Shown: positions 51,601 to 60,208 of the stretch, one piece after another
Layout of the letters: every line of letters starts with the position of its first letter
How positions within the stretch are numbered: position 1 is the stretch's first letter
NCBI GenBank assembly: GCA_023251075.1
Contig: JAHEZM010000001.1
Coordinates: 65,676-129,675, forward strand
Direction: 5' to 3'
DNA length: 64,000 nucleotides
From: Flavobacteriales bacterium
Lineage (GTDB): Bacteria; Bacteroidota; Bacteroidia; Flavobacteriales_C; GCA-002722245
Made by a program: the position numbers and the translations under genes
Notes under the pieces: generated by a model
What the model saw: the letters and a program-made list of their open reading frames with translations, nothing else
Databases searched by the model: none
What the model was told of the DNA's origin: nothing

Positions 51601-53247
51601 TTGTGTCGTAATGCTTCACCGTTTAAAATCCGACTCAGTACGAATACAACACCCAATGGTACTTGGTTAAGTTTACCTGTAGGTATAGTGAGTAATAACG
51701 GTACTATCACACCCTCGAAAGGACAGGCGAATGTACCTTACAAAGTGTATTACGTGTTAAAAGGTGCCACCGTTTTGTGCAGTGCAATAGATAGTGTAAC
51801 GATAAATTTTATCGCTCCCGATACCGCAAAGATCACCCTTAATCAAGGTCCGTTTTGCATAGAAAAAGCTGCATTGAACTTACAAAAGGAAAATATATCA
51901 GCTGCAGGAAAATGGAGCGGAACGGGTATTACCGATGTTAACTTGGGAACTTTTAATCCTAAAACAGCGGGAACAGGTGTGAAGATAATTAGTTATACCA
52001 CAAATGGAGTTTGCCCTTATATAGATACCATACATATTGAAGTAAAAGCAAAAACAATAGCGAACATCACAAACAATGATACCATTCTTTGTGAGAATAC
52101 GCCTGTATTTGATTTAAAATTGAGCACTAACAGTACGGCTGGAGGAAAATGGTATAAAGACAATGTTTTAGCTTCCTCATCAGTAGAAACCACTCCGCCG
52201 GGCAATTATTATTTGAAATATTTAACCACAGGAATATCATCGGAGTGTGATAACAGAGATAGTGTGAAAATCACAATTCTTCCGAATGAGAATGCCAGCA
52301 TTGTGCCTCCATTAAAAAAAGATGTTTGTCCTACAGATGCAGAGATTATTTTACAATCACAAGTACAACCCTCAACAGGAGTGTGGTGGGGAGTTCCTGT
52401 AACAGGAGTAAATGTTAGCGGAAAATATAATCCGGCAACAGCTAACGCAGGTAGCACAAAAATATATTATGGTATAGCAGGTAAATGCGGAGATACTTCT
52501 TATGTAGAATTTATCAAGCATACGATACCTGTATTTAATTTAGGTGCAGATAAAATCTTGTGTGAAGGAGAGACAACACAAATAGGAACAAGTATAACAG
52601 CAGATACTGTTTTGTGGCAACCAACGGGAGATAAAACGGGGAACATCACAGTATCAACAAAAGGGGATTATATGTTGAAATTATCCAACTTGCCTGGTTG
52701 TGTGTATATGGATACGATACATGTGGAAGTATTACCGTATCCTGAATTAAATTTAGGTAACGATACAACTGTTTGTTTTGAACTACCCAATGATCAGATG
52801 GTATTGGGTGTTGATAATCAAAATTACTTGTATCAATGGAACACTGGTGAAAGCACTGCTAAAATCACCATCAAAAGTGAAGGAGTTTATAATGTAAGAG
52901 TAAACTATGATGGTAGCACCTGTTATACCAATGATGAAATACATATCAACGAATACTGTCCGTATTCTATCTTTTTCCCTAATGCCATTACACCTAATGG
53001 AGATGGTGTTAACGATTATTTTTCAACGCCGCATCACAATTTGAAAGGTTACCATTTAATGATATTCAATCGTTGGGGCGAGCTATTATTCGAAACTTTC
53101 AGCGAAACAAACTTATGGGATGGAACTTATCAGGGACAAAAGGTACAGGAAGATGTGTATGTATGGAAGGTAGATTATAAAGTAGAAGAAACAGACAAAA
53201 GCATTCGCAAGAAAACAGAGATTGGAAGAGTAACAGTGGTGAGATAA
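48640..53247 (+). CDS. Giant surface protein with PKD domain, tandem Ig-like two-Cys modules and T9SS type B C-terminal domain
   Basis: 1535 aa with a signal peptide and a PKD unit (WEWKLGNG...NPIYNY..GPQNVTLKV). Six or more ~80-aa repeats follow. The C-terminus reads FFPNAITPNGDGVNDYF...IFNRWGELLF...WDG. Confidence 0.88.
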   Translation: MKTKLNSRKTIVSLFTFFFIFSIDTIGQGDEGSKAENFIQSEFDKDDAVKLLMKDIHVSHEDSLKLTKYFSNELRSLAIELVVMHVNNRSLYNTDYARSTFNTKVGSLRKEFYTHGMEIVEDDVAEAIKRGEVFRGPFDLPPPQPIPNGPCVNMDFENGNLNGWEGSHGQVTGAVQFSYSFLPVDAVLITPHHEIVTAGKDPMLCTAVLPMVNPDGGSYSVRLGDQVNGGNAAEIRQTFLVTPQNYGFSYSYAVVLQDPPADHTLEQRPYFSIRVLDANGAEIDCGTFDVISGAGITGFKNDVDAGGNVCHVYKEWSTVFIPLGSFIGQNVTVVFRSGDCSLGAHYGYAYVDARCTPMPLLVSKVNGDCSNPNAILTAPIGGSSYKWSPGGQTTQSITITTPGHYEVTIGSNAGQQCTTTLKYDYNANSKPPVADFTSTDGCLGIATTFTDQSVSNTTGPLTKWEWKLGNGALSSSQNPIYNYTTAGPQNVTLKVTNSDGCVDSITQIVQVYTIPDFTLAVVYSCTTLPTINVSLVNQVLGSMYECRINGGAWQSSLQFLNVPDGIATIEVRLNGHCPVSKTIAVANQNFVKTGTSASPNKNSYCKGDQVTLTSTDVNCSSMRWFADATSTTPIQTGCSYSYTLNSDSVTTYFEPYSDPNNYVVGRPTGYEDWPGDNQGRFETYVPVVIDGFSVLGADYSATCGTTATFTVKNGNGVVVAGPVSATVNCDRNKPETVVTGLNLVVPAGPWFSLEVSGVSLKASKGANTTVSQPGIINVLNSGAFTNWKVSSATKCPLRNSIKIKSKCPCPDTTLKFPAPLCSDKDFDLNTLKTTTTASGIWKIVQKPGGSNSATLNGTTFNAGKNGDGGDYVLAYVLTGGPFPNCPDSNARTIHVNKAEAAKIPRPQGVFCVSDPEQTLQLDPTSDAGKWSGTGITDINAGKFNPAVAGIGNHLINYKTNGVCWKQDTITITVVNQKISNILTPDTTLCRNASPFKIRLSTNTTPNGTWLSLPVGIVSNNGTITPSKGQANVPYKVYYVLKGATVLCSAIDSVTINFIAPDTAKITLNQGPFCIEKAALNLQKENISAAGKWSGTGITDVNLGTFNPKTAGTGVKIISYTTNGVCPYIDTIHIEVKAKTIANITNNDTILCENTPVFDLKLSTNSTAGGKWYKDNVLASSSVETTPPGNYYLKYLTTGISSECDNRDSVKITILPNENASIVPPLKKDVCPTDAEIILQSQVQPSTGVWWGVPVTGVNVSGKYNPATANAGSTKIYYGIAGKCGDTSYVEFIKHTIPVFNLGADKILCEGETTQIGTSITADTVLWQPTGDKTGNITVSTKGDYMLKLSNLPGCVYMDTIHVEVLPYPELNLGNDTTVCFELPNDQMVLGVDNQNYLYQWNTGESTAKITIKSEGVYNVRVNYDGSTCYTNDEIHINEYCPYSIFFPNAITPNGDGVNDYFSTPHHNLKGYHLMIFNRWGELLFETFSETNLWDGTYQGQKVQEDVYVWKVDYKVEETDKSIRKKTEIGRVTVVR

Positions 53248-53285
53248 AAAAATGTTTTCGGAAAGGAAGCTCCTTCGAAGAGGAT

Positions 53286-54437
53286 TTAAACTGGACGAAA
53301 TTTTAAGATTTTACTTTCAATGTACTTATAAGAAAGTGCCGACATAAGTACATTGAGAGTAAAAGCTAAAATGAAAAAAGTAATTCCATAAGCAATAGTT
53401 CCTAATTCAAATCCGGATTTAGAGAGCATAAATTCTGCTGTGAAAATTGCAATCATGTGATACATATATAATCCAAAAGAAATCGTTCCTAAATAATTGA
53501 GTGCTTTATTTTCAATTCGCAAAATACATTTTGTGTTCACACTCACATTCAAAATAAGATAAAGAAAAAGCGCTGGTACTACGATCATAAAAAAGAATGG
53601 CGCCCCTATAGTATAATCATAAAGATCATGGAAAAATGGTGTAGTAAATATAGTTTCGTTGATACATAAATGAAGAAGCAATAATCCCATAACAACCATT
53701 TGCATGGGAGCAGAAAAAAGAAATGACGACATCAGTTTATCTTTGAAATAAAAAAGATAGTAGGCTCCAATTCCACCAATTGCCATTTTTTCGATTCCGA
53801 AAAGACTGATCAAAAGACTAATTCCTTTCGTTGTTTCAGAAGAGTAATGAATTTCAATTTGAAGTAAAACATAGTACAATACAAATTTCAATACCACTAT
53901 AAAGAAACAAATAGCAACAAATTTCTTTTTCATTGCTTTAACAATAGGTGCCCAAATGAGATAGAATTGCTCTTCAACACCAATACTCCATAAATGTCCG
54001 ATCTTCCCTATTCCCATAGAAAAAGCATAAGGTATATTAGGGAGAATAATGAGATAAAAAAAGGTAGACAAACCAGATATTTGTTTGTAAGGTTGATTAG
54101 CCAATTGAAAAATAAAAGGTAAAATGAATTGTACTAAAACAATGATTAGATAATACAGAGGCCATATTCGTAAAACCCTTTTGATATAAAAAATTTTCAC
54201 CACTACTGTTCCTGTTTTTTCAAACTCAGTAATGAGCAAATAGCTAATGAGAAAACCTGAAAGCACAAAAAAGAAATTCACTGCATTGGTTCCGTTCTGA
54301 CTCAAAAAGAACCAAACAGGATTGTAATCAAATCCATCGGGAGTAATAATTCTGTTCGAATGCCAAAGTAAAACTAAAAGAGCCGCAAAAAAGCGCAACT
54401 CATTAAGCCCTTTAAAATATACTTTTTCATTCATCAT
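53286..54437 (-). CDS. Acyltransferase family 3 (OafA-like) membrane protein
   Basis: 383 aa with about 10 TM helices. The N-terminal motif is FKGLNELRFFAALLVLLWHS. Confidence 0.8.
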   Translation of the reverse strand: MMNEKVYFKGLNELRFFAALLVLLWHSNRIITPDGFDYNPVWFFLSQNGTNAVNFFFVLSGFLISYLLITEFEKTGTVVVKIFYIKRVLRIWPLYYLIIVLVQFILPFIFQLANQPYKQISGLSTFFYLIILPNIPYAFSMGIGKIGHLWSIGVEEQFYLIWAPIVKAMKKKFVAICFFIVVLKFVLYYVLLQIEIHYSSETTKGISLLISLFGIEKMAIGGIGAYYLFYFKDKLMSSFLFSAPMQMVVMGLLLLHLCINETIFTTPFFHDLYDYTIGAPFFFMIVVPALFLYLILNVSVNTKCILRIENKALNYLGTISFGLYMYHMIAIFTAEFMLSKSGFELGTIAYGITFFILAFTLNVLMSALSYKYIESKILKFRPV

Positions 54438-54446
54438 TTATTAATT

Positions 54447-54454
54447 CAAAAATA
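54447..54454 (-). promoter_or_regulatory. -7 promoter box (TAttTTTG) for the acyltransferase gene
   Basis: The reverse complement of caaaaata matches TAnnTTTG. It lies 9 nt upstream of the ATG at 54437. Confidence 0.4.
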
Positions 54455-54537
54455 CAATTAATCCATTTCAAACCTCAATTTATTTCGATTTACAATAATT
54501 GAATATAAATAAAGCTTTTGTATACCTTTAGGCCTAC

Positions 54538-55995
54538 ATGTCGGAGAAAAAAAATATAGGATTTAATTTCAACAACAGCTACACTACCTTAAACGAAAAA
54601 TTATTTTCGTTGTGCTTCCCCACTCCTGTTCACCATCCTAGAGTGGTAACAATGAATATTACTCTTGCAAAAGAATTAGGATTAAATCTTAACGATTTCA
54701 GTGAAACTGAAGTTGCCCAAATATTTTCGGGAAATAAAATTTCAGAAAATTCTCAACCTTTTGCACAGGCTTATGCCGGACATCAATTCGGGAATTTTAC
54801 TGTACTGGGTGATGGAAGAGCTATTTTATTGGGAGAACATATTACTCCTGAAAAAAAACGATTCGATATTCAGTTAAAAGGTTCCGGACCCACTCCCTAT
54901 TCTCGCAGAGGTGATGGCAGAGCCACCTTGAGTTCTATGTTACGCGAATACATTATCAGTGAGGCAATGTATGCATTGGGAATTCCAACCACCAGAAGCT
55001 TAATGGTTATTGCTACAGAAGAAGAAATATATAGAGAGCAAGTTAATGAAGGAGCTGTATTAACCCGAATTGCAAACAGTCATATACGTGTAGGAACCTT
55101 TGAATATGTTCGTAGATTCACTGATGTAGAAACCTTCCGATCTTTTACGAATTACACTATTGAGCGGCATTATCCAGATATAACAAACACTGAAAATCCA
55201 GCTCTTGACTTACTCAAAGCGGTAATGGAAAAACAAATTGAATTGATTGTGAATTGGATGAGAGTAGGTTTTATTCATGGTGTTATGAATACAGATAACA
55301 TGAGTATTTCCGGAGAAACCATTGATTACGGCCCTTGTGCTTTCATGAATGCCTACAACCCGCAAACTGTTTTTAGTTCTATTGATCACAATGGCCGATA
55401 CGCATTTAACAATCAACCAGCTATAGCGCACTGGAATCTCTCTCGGTTTGCCGAAACTCTTTTAATTTTAATACATCCTGAAAGCACAAAAGCTATTGAA
55501 TTGGCGCAAGAAGTATTAGATGCCTTCAACCCTGAATTTAAAAAACAATGGATGGTAATGATGGGGAAAAAATTAGGAATAACGGCCATAGAAAATCATG
55601 ATGAAAAATTAATTCAATCGTTATTGGCATGGATGCATTCGCATTCTGCCGATTACACCAATACCTTTTCAGCCCTGCAAAGTGGCAATTTTCCTGCCGA
55701 AGAAATATATCAAGATACTGAATTCAAAGAATGGTATAAACAATGGCGCAGCAGAATAGAAAAGGAGAGCGTTCCCTTTGAACTCATGAAAAAAAACAAT
55801 CCTTCTTTGATTCCACGCAATCATATGGTTGAGTTAGCTTTAAATAATGCTGCTTTTCAAAATGATTTAGAAATATTAAAAGAATTACTTTCTGCACTTT
55901 CTGATCCTTATTCGAACTCCAACGAATATGCGTTATTCAAACAGCCACCAGAAATAAGCACTGATAAAGATTACAAAACATTCTGCGGAACATAA
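54538..55995 (+). CDS. selO: Protein adenylyltransferase SelO (YdiU/UPF0061)
   Basis: It has AGHQFGNF..LGDGRA, the LKGSGPTPYSR segment and the catalytic region HGVMNTDNMSISGETIDYGP. The conserved Cys lies near the C-terminus (TFCGT). Confidence 0.9.
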   Translation: MSEKKNIGFNFNNSYTTLNEKLFSLCFPTPVHHPRVVTMNITLAKELGLNLNDFSETEVAQIFSGNKISENSQPFAQAYAGHQFGNFTVLGDGRAILLGEHITPEKKRFDIQLKGSGPTPYSRRGDGRATLSSMLREYIISEAMYALGIPTTRSLMVIATEEEIYREQVNEGAVLTRIANSHIRVGTFEYVRRFTDVETFRSFTNYTIERHYPDITNTENPALDLLKAVMEKQIELIVNWMRVGFIHGVMNTDNMSISGETIDYGPCAFMNAYNPQTVFSSIDHNGRYAFNNQPAIAHWNLSRFAETLLILIHPESTKAIELAQEVLDAFNPEFKKQWMVMMGKKLGITAIENHDEKLIQSLLAWMHSHSADYTNTFSALQSGNFPAEEIYQDTEFKEWYKQWRSRIEKESVPFELMKKNNPSLIPRNHMVELALNNAAFQNDLEILKELLSALSDPYSNSNEYALFKQPPEISTDKDYKTFCGT

Positions 55996-56042
55996 ATAGA
56001 TTTTTTGCACTTTTACAAACTCAATATTTTGAATTTAACAAA

Positions 56043-58082
56043 ATGAGCATTGCCCATTACATCTTTGAATATGCCCTGCATTTTATCATTATTGCTGGTT
56101 TCTTCTTTTTAAGTTTTTCGGTGGGAAACTTATTGCTTTTCAATAAGAAATTCTTGATCGACAAACCTTTCCAAAGAATATTTTTTAGCTCATTTGTTGG
56201 GCAAATTATTATGCTTAGTGCTTTTGCATTAATATGTACGGGAGGTAAAAGTATTTTTTTAGGTGTACCCGTTTTATTCGGTATTTACTGGTTAATGTAT
56301 CGCAAAGAATATAGTTTTAAAGGGGAAGGACTAATAAACTCATACTCTGTTTGGAATTGGAAATCAGTTGGATTTTTGTTGATTTTGCTGTTCATTATCT
56401 ACACATGGAATTTTCTCGCTTTTACCTCCATTGACTCTCCTTATTTATTGCAAATTTTGGATGTAAGTTCTCCCGACAAAGATTTCTCTCTCTACAGTAC
56501 CGCAGGTTATTTTATGCAATATACTGGAATTGAAAATGAGTTTCATGCGAATATTTTAACAGATATTTCTTTTGAAATACAGAAACCCTATCATTATTAT
56601 GATTTATGGATGAACAATCTTATTTCCACTCTATCTAATGGAATTTATTTAAAAAGGTTGTATCTGGTTACACATCCTTTAATGACCTTTACTTCTGCTG
56701 TTGGTATCGTGGCTTTAATAGAACAGTTTGGTGTTATCACTTCAAAAAAAATTATACTTAGTATTTTATTCATGTTTACAGGTGGAGTTCTATTCTCTAT
56801 CATCAGCGATATTAAATTCTTTAATTACATCGAGTTTTACAGAGAATACTTTTTCAATAAAACTCCCAATAAAATAAGCTATTACTATAGCTTTTTAATT
56901 GCGGCTTTTATTATGCTTCACAATAGAAAATGGGGAGTGGCTTTGTTTTTTTTAATGTCTTTGGTTATAGCTACCATTGTAACTGCGCCAAGCATTTGTT
57001 TTGCAACAGCTATAGGGGTATTGTGTATGCTGCTGTTCAAGTCAATCACTAAAATTGATTTCCTTAAATTAGAAGCATTCGTTTTGTTATGGGTCATATT
57101 CATTTTGCTATTTTACAAATTAGCTGGTACGAGTGATATAAGAAGAAGCGGAACTAATTTTAGTGATATTATTAATGCATTAAAGGGAAGTGGAGATTGG
57201 GTTGACTTCATAAAATCAAAAATCAATTTCTCAGCTACAATCTTTATTTATTTTATTGTTTTACATTTCTGCTTCCTCATCTTGTTTTTCTTATGTAGAA
57301 AACAATACAACTGGAAATTTGGGTCAGGTTTTTCATATATCTTGATTTTTACTTTAATGATATGCTCTGGGGGATTAATTGGCAGAATGTTGATGTTTAG
57401 CACTGTTAACTCGGAACAGATTTTTATACACACGGCCAGCGCATCCTTCAATATCGTTTTGTTTTTTATGTTATCGAAACTATTGAGCTCAAATATTAAA
57501 ACGTCCACACAAACCATTATTCTTTCTCTAATTACAGGTGTTTTTATTTTAAATATTATACAGTCTTATGAACGACTTAAAAACGATCAAGGAATGTTTA
57601 ATGCCTATTCTACCCAATACTTAAATGAAATTGAAAAAGAATTAACAAAGAATAGCGATGAAATAATTATGATAGCAACCCTAAGAAATCCTAGCGGGTT
57701 CAATGACACTTATTGCATGTATTCAACTTCAAATATTAATGGGCATTATATAATGGCACTCAGAAACAATATAGGCACTATTGGAATTGATGATTTGGAT
57801 ATTATGGTCACTACCACTGAAGAACCCGTTTACTCGCAACAAATTGAGGCTATAGAAAATGGAAGCTTTATGCAATTCGTTAAAAGGCAAAAAGCCAAAT
57901 CTCAATTCATTTCTGAAGAAGCAAGTCAGCTTGCCTTTCTAAAAGAAAATCACTTTGATTACTTAATTGTATCTAGAGAGTTAAAAATTCCTGAATATCT
58001 TTTGAAATTAACCAATCATTGTATCGTTGATGAAAAATCGGGAGATGCCTTTTACACCTTTAAACCCGATACCTTCAAATAA
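56043..58082 (+). CDS. Polytopic integral membrane protein with C-terminal soluble domain, unknown function
   Basis: 679-aa ORF with about 13 predicted hydrophobic helices in the first ~510 aa, then a ~170-aa hydrophilic domain. I recognised no family motif. Confidence 0.7.
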   Translation: MSIAHYIFEYALHFIIIAGFFFLSFSVGNLLLFNKKFLIDKPFQRIFFSSFVGQIIMLSAFALICTGGKSIFLGVPVLFGIYWLMYRKEYSFKGEGLINSYSVWNWKSVGFLLILLFIIYTWNFLAFTSIDSPYLLQILDVSSPDKDFSLYSTAGYFMQYTGIENEFHANILTDISFEIQKPYHYYDLWMNNLISTLSNGIYLKRLYLVTHPLMTFTSAVGIVALIEQFGVITSKKIILSILFMFTGGVLFSIISDIKFFNYIEFYREYFFNKTPNKISYYYSFLIAAFIMLHNRKWGVALFFLMSLVIATIVTAPSICFATAIGVLCMLLFKSITKIDFLKLEAFVLLWVIFILLFYKLAGTSDIRRSGTNFSDIINALKGSGDWVDFIKSKINFSATIFIYFIVLHFCFLILFFLCRKQYNWKFGSGFSYILIFTLMICSGGLIGRMLMFSTVNSEQIFIHTASASFNIVLFFMLSKLLSSNIKTSTQTIILSLITGVFILNIIQSYERLKNDQGMFNAYSTQYLNEIEKELTKNSDEIIMIATLRNPSGFNDTYCMYSTSNINGHYIMALRNNIGTIGIDDLDIMVTTTEEPVYSQQIEAIENGSFMQFVKRQKAKSQFISEEASQLAFLKENHFDYLIVSRELKIPEYLLKLTNHCIVDEKSGDAFYTFKPDTFK

Positions 58083-59003
58083 TTAATTAACCATTAATCT
58101 ATTTATTTTCCCACTCTCTTTTTCCTTTAAGAAATAAACTCCGCTTCCAAAAGAAGTTAAGTCGAGTGTGTTTTGACCTGATAGATAAACCGACAATACC
58201 TTATTACCTGTTATGTTATAAACATCGTACATTCCCGATTTTTCTACATAATAAATAAACTCACCATTACTTGGATTGGGGTAGAATGTTGTTAAATCCC
58301 GTTCTAGTTCTTTTACTTTACTGGCTGGCGACCAATAGTATTCAACTTCCTCTTCATTGGCATAATGAATATGTTCTAATAATCCACCGTTGTAATGATA
58401 CACAGCAGAATCAGAAGCAAAAACTGATTTAAAAGAGAGAAGCTTCCCATCTCCCCCAAAACGAAAGGCGGTTAAATTGTGGTTGTGATTATCTCCCCCC
58501 ATTAAATCAATTTGCATAGAATCAATATCATTCTGATCAGGCTCCCAAAAAGGAATAAAATATTCTTTCGTTAGGGTTATTTTATTAAGATCAGAATAAG
58601 AGAACTGAAGATTCTCGCTGTTCTGCTTACCCGTATTTGAGTAAGCAATAGTGCCATCTATTGTTTCAATGTAATTTAAATAGTTTAAAGTAGTTTTATA
58701 TGAACTTGGCTTATCATTGCCATTAAAAGTAATATTCATGGTTCCTGTAATATCAACCCCTCCATGATTTAATATTTGATAGGAAGTTATTTTTAATCCG
58801 CTATAAGTAGGTATCATTTTTCTTTTCACATCTGTTTTACCTGAAATCACCATTGAATCAAGAACCCATGATCCATCAGTATTATATGGAATTAAAACTG
58901 AATTGAAGTCCTGCTCCGCCAGCGTAGATTGAGTAAGAAAAAAGGATTGGGCTGAAATTTTGATAGTTGCCATCAAAAAGAAAATGAATATCTGTAGTTT
59001 CAT
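58083..59003 (-). CDS. Secreted protein with T9SS type A C-terminal sorting domain
   Basis: It has a signal peptide (MKLQIFIFFLMATIKISAQ). The C-terminus reads FYPNPSNGEFIYYV...GVYFLKEKESGKINRLMVN. Confidence 0.8.
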   Translation of the reverse strand: MKLQIFIFFLMATIKISAQSFFLTQSTLAEQDFNSVLIPYNTDGSWVLDSMVISGKTDVKRKMIPTYSGLKITSYQILNHGGVDITGTMNITFNGNDKPSSYKTTLNYLNYIETIDGTIAYSNTGKQNSENLQFSYSDLNKITLTKEYFIPFWEPDQNDIDSMQIDLMGGDNHNHNLTAFRFGGDGKLLSFKSVFASDSAVYHYNGGLLEHIHYANEEEVEYYWSPASKVKELERDLTTFYPNPSNGEFIYYVEKSGMYDVYNITGNKVLSVYLSGQNTLDLTSFGSGVYFLKEKESGKINRLMVN

Positions 59004-59071
59004 AGAATAACTAATTATCTTGTTTAGCTTTATGATCTGATGGATAAAGAAAAGTTACAAACCATTTTATC

Positions 59072-59121
59072 TTTTTTTTCAAGACACAACCAACCTGATT
59101 TAATTGCGTCTTGAAAAAAAA
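59072..59121. repeat. 14-bp perfect inverted repeat (ttttttttcaagac / gtcttgaaaaaaaa) with 22-nt spacer in a divergent promoter region
   Basis: The arms are 59072..59085 and 59108..59121, read directly from the sequence. Confidence 0.85.
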
Positions 59122-59185
59122 TGTAATAGATTGTAACTTCTTTCGTTTTTGAAGCTCTTATCCTTAAACAACTAATAAATATATT

Positions 59186-59578
59186 ATGAAAATTAAATTC
59201 CTTTCATCTCTGGCTCTGGTTGCTGCACTTGCCTTATCAAGCTGTAAACCAGAAGGTTACACATACGAGCAATACATTACCAACAGTACCGACGAAGTAA
59301 TTACTGTTAGTACTGGAAGCGGACAATGTGAAGAACATGTTTACACGCTGAACCCTGGTCAAACACAAAAGGTACACAGTAGTAGAGTTTTAGATGCTCC
59401 GACATCCTGCAATGATCACCATTATATGGTAATGAGCGGACAAACTAATTTGAATGATATTAGTGATCAAAGTAATTGGACCAGAACTCAAGATAAAGAT
59501 CAAGTAAAATGCGAATTTGTGTTCAGAGCTTCTGGAACAGTTGATCCAGCACCAGCACAAAAAACCTGCGAACACTAA
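59186..59578 (+). CDS. Small Cys-containing lipoprotein, unknown function
   Basis: 130-aa ORF with a lipobox LALSSCKPE and five further Cys residues. Confidence 0.65.
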   Translation: MKIKFLSSLALVAALALSSCKPEGYTYEQYITNSTDEVITVSTGSGQCEEHVYTLNPGQTQKVHSSRVLDAPTSCNDHHYMVMSGQTNLNDISDQSNWTRTQDKDQVKCEFVFRASGTVDPAPAQKTCEH

Positions 59579-59604
59579 TTCTCATAAGTTTAAAGTAAAA
59601 CTTA

Positions 59605-60111
59605 ATGGCTATGAAAAAAATGCTCTTAATAGGTATTCTTGGCGTCCTCATTTTGGGTACCTTACAGGCTCAAACTACTGCAGTTAAAATACATCCTTTA
59701 CACTTTTTTAGCTGCAAATTTGAAGTAGAACATCAAATCAATAGCAATATAAGTGTAGGAGTAATTGGCTCAGGAATGTTTCTTGCCTTTGAAGGGTATA
59801 GAATTCAACCCTATGCTCGCTTATATTTAGGTGCTGATTCTAAAGTATTTGATGGTTTTTATGCACAAGGAAAATTCCACTATTCAAGAGTAGTTGATAA
59901 TAATGCCGTAAGAGAACTTATAAAAGATTATGGCTTCTCCACCGCATTTGGCTACCAACACACTTTTGGAAAACATTTTGTGATTGACCTTTATTCTGGT
60001 TACAGATTCTCTAAACCTTTTTACTATTCTACCTCCGAATCATCAACAATGTATAGAATGATGTATTCATTACCTATGGAGCTAGGTATTTCATTGGGTA
60101 CAACTTTTTAA
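59605..60111 (+). CDS. Small outer-membrane beta-barrel-like protein
   Basis: 168-aa ORF with a signal peptide (LILGTLQAQ), alternating aromatic strands and a terminal F. Confidence 0.6.
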   Translation: MAMKKMLLIGILGVLILGTLQAQTTAVKIHPLHFFSCKFEVEHQINSNISVGVIGSGMFLAFEGYRIQPYARLYLGADSKVFDGFYAQGKFHYSRVVDNNAVRELIKDYGFSTAFGYQHTFGKHFVIDLYSGYRFSKPFYYSTSESSTMYRMMYSLPMELGISLGTTF

Positions 60112-60136
60112 ATATATTCTAATAAAACAAACAACG

Positions 60137-60166
60137 GAGCGACCTTAAAAGGGTCGCTCTTTTTTT
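60137..60166 (+). terminator. Intrinsic terminator
   Basis: An 8-bp stem gagcgacc/ggtcgctc with a 7-nt loop is followed by a T7 run. Confidence 0.8.
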
Positions 60167-60208
60167 GAATTAATTACGTAGTTTTACCCTGTTATAACAA
60201 AGAAAAAC

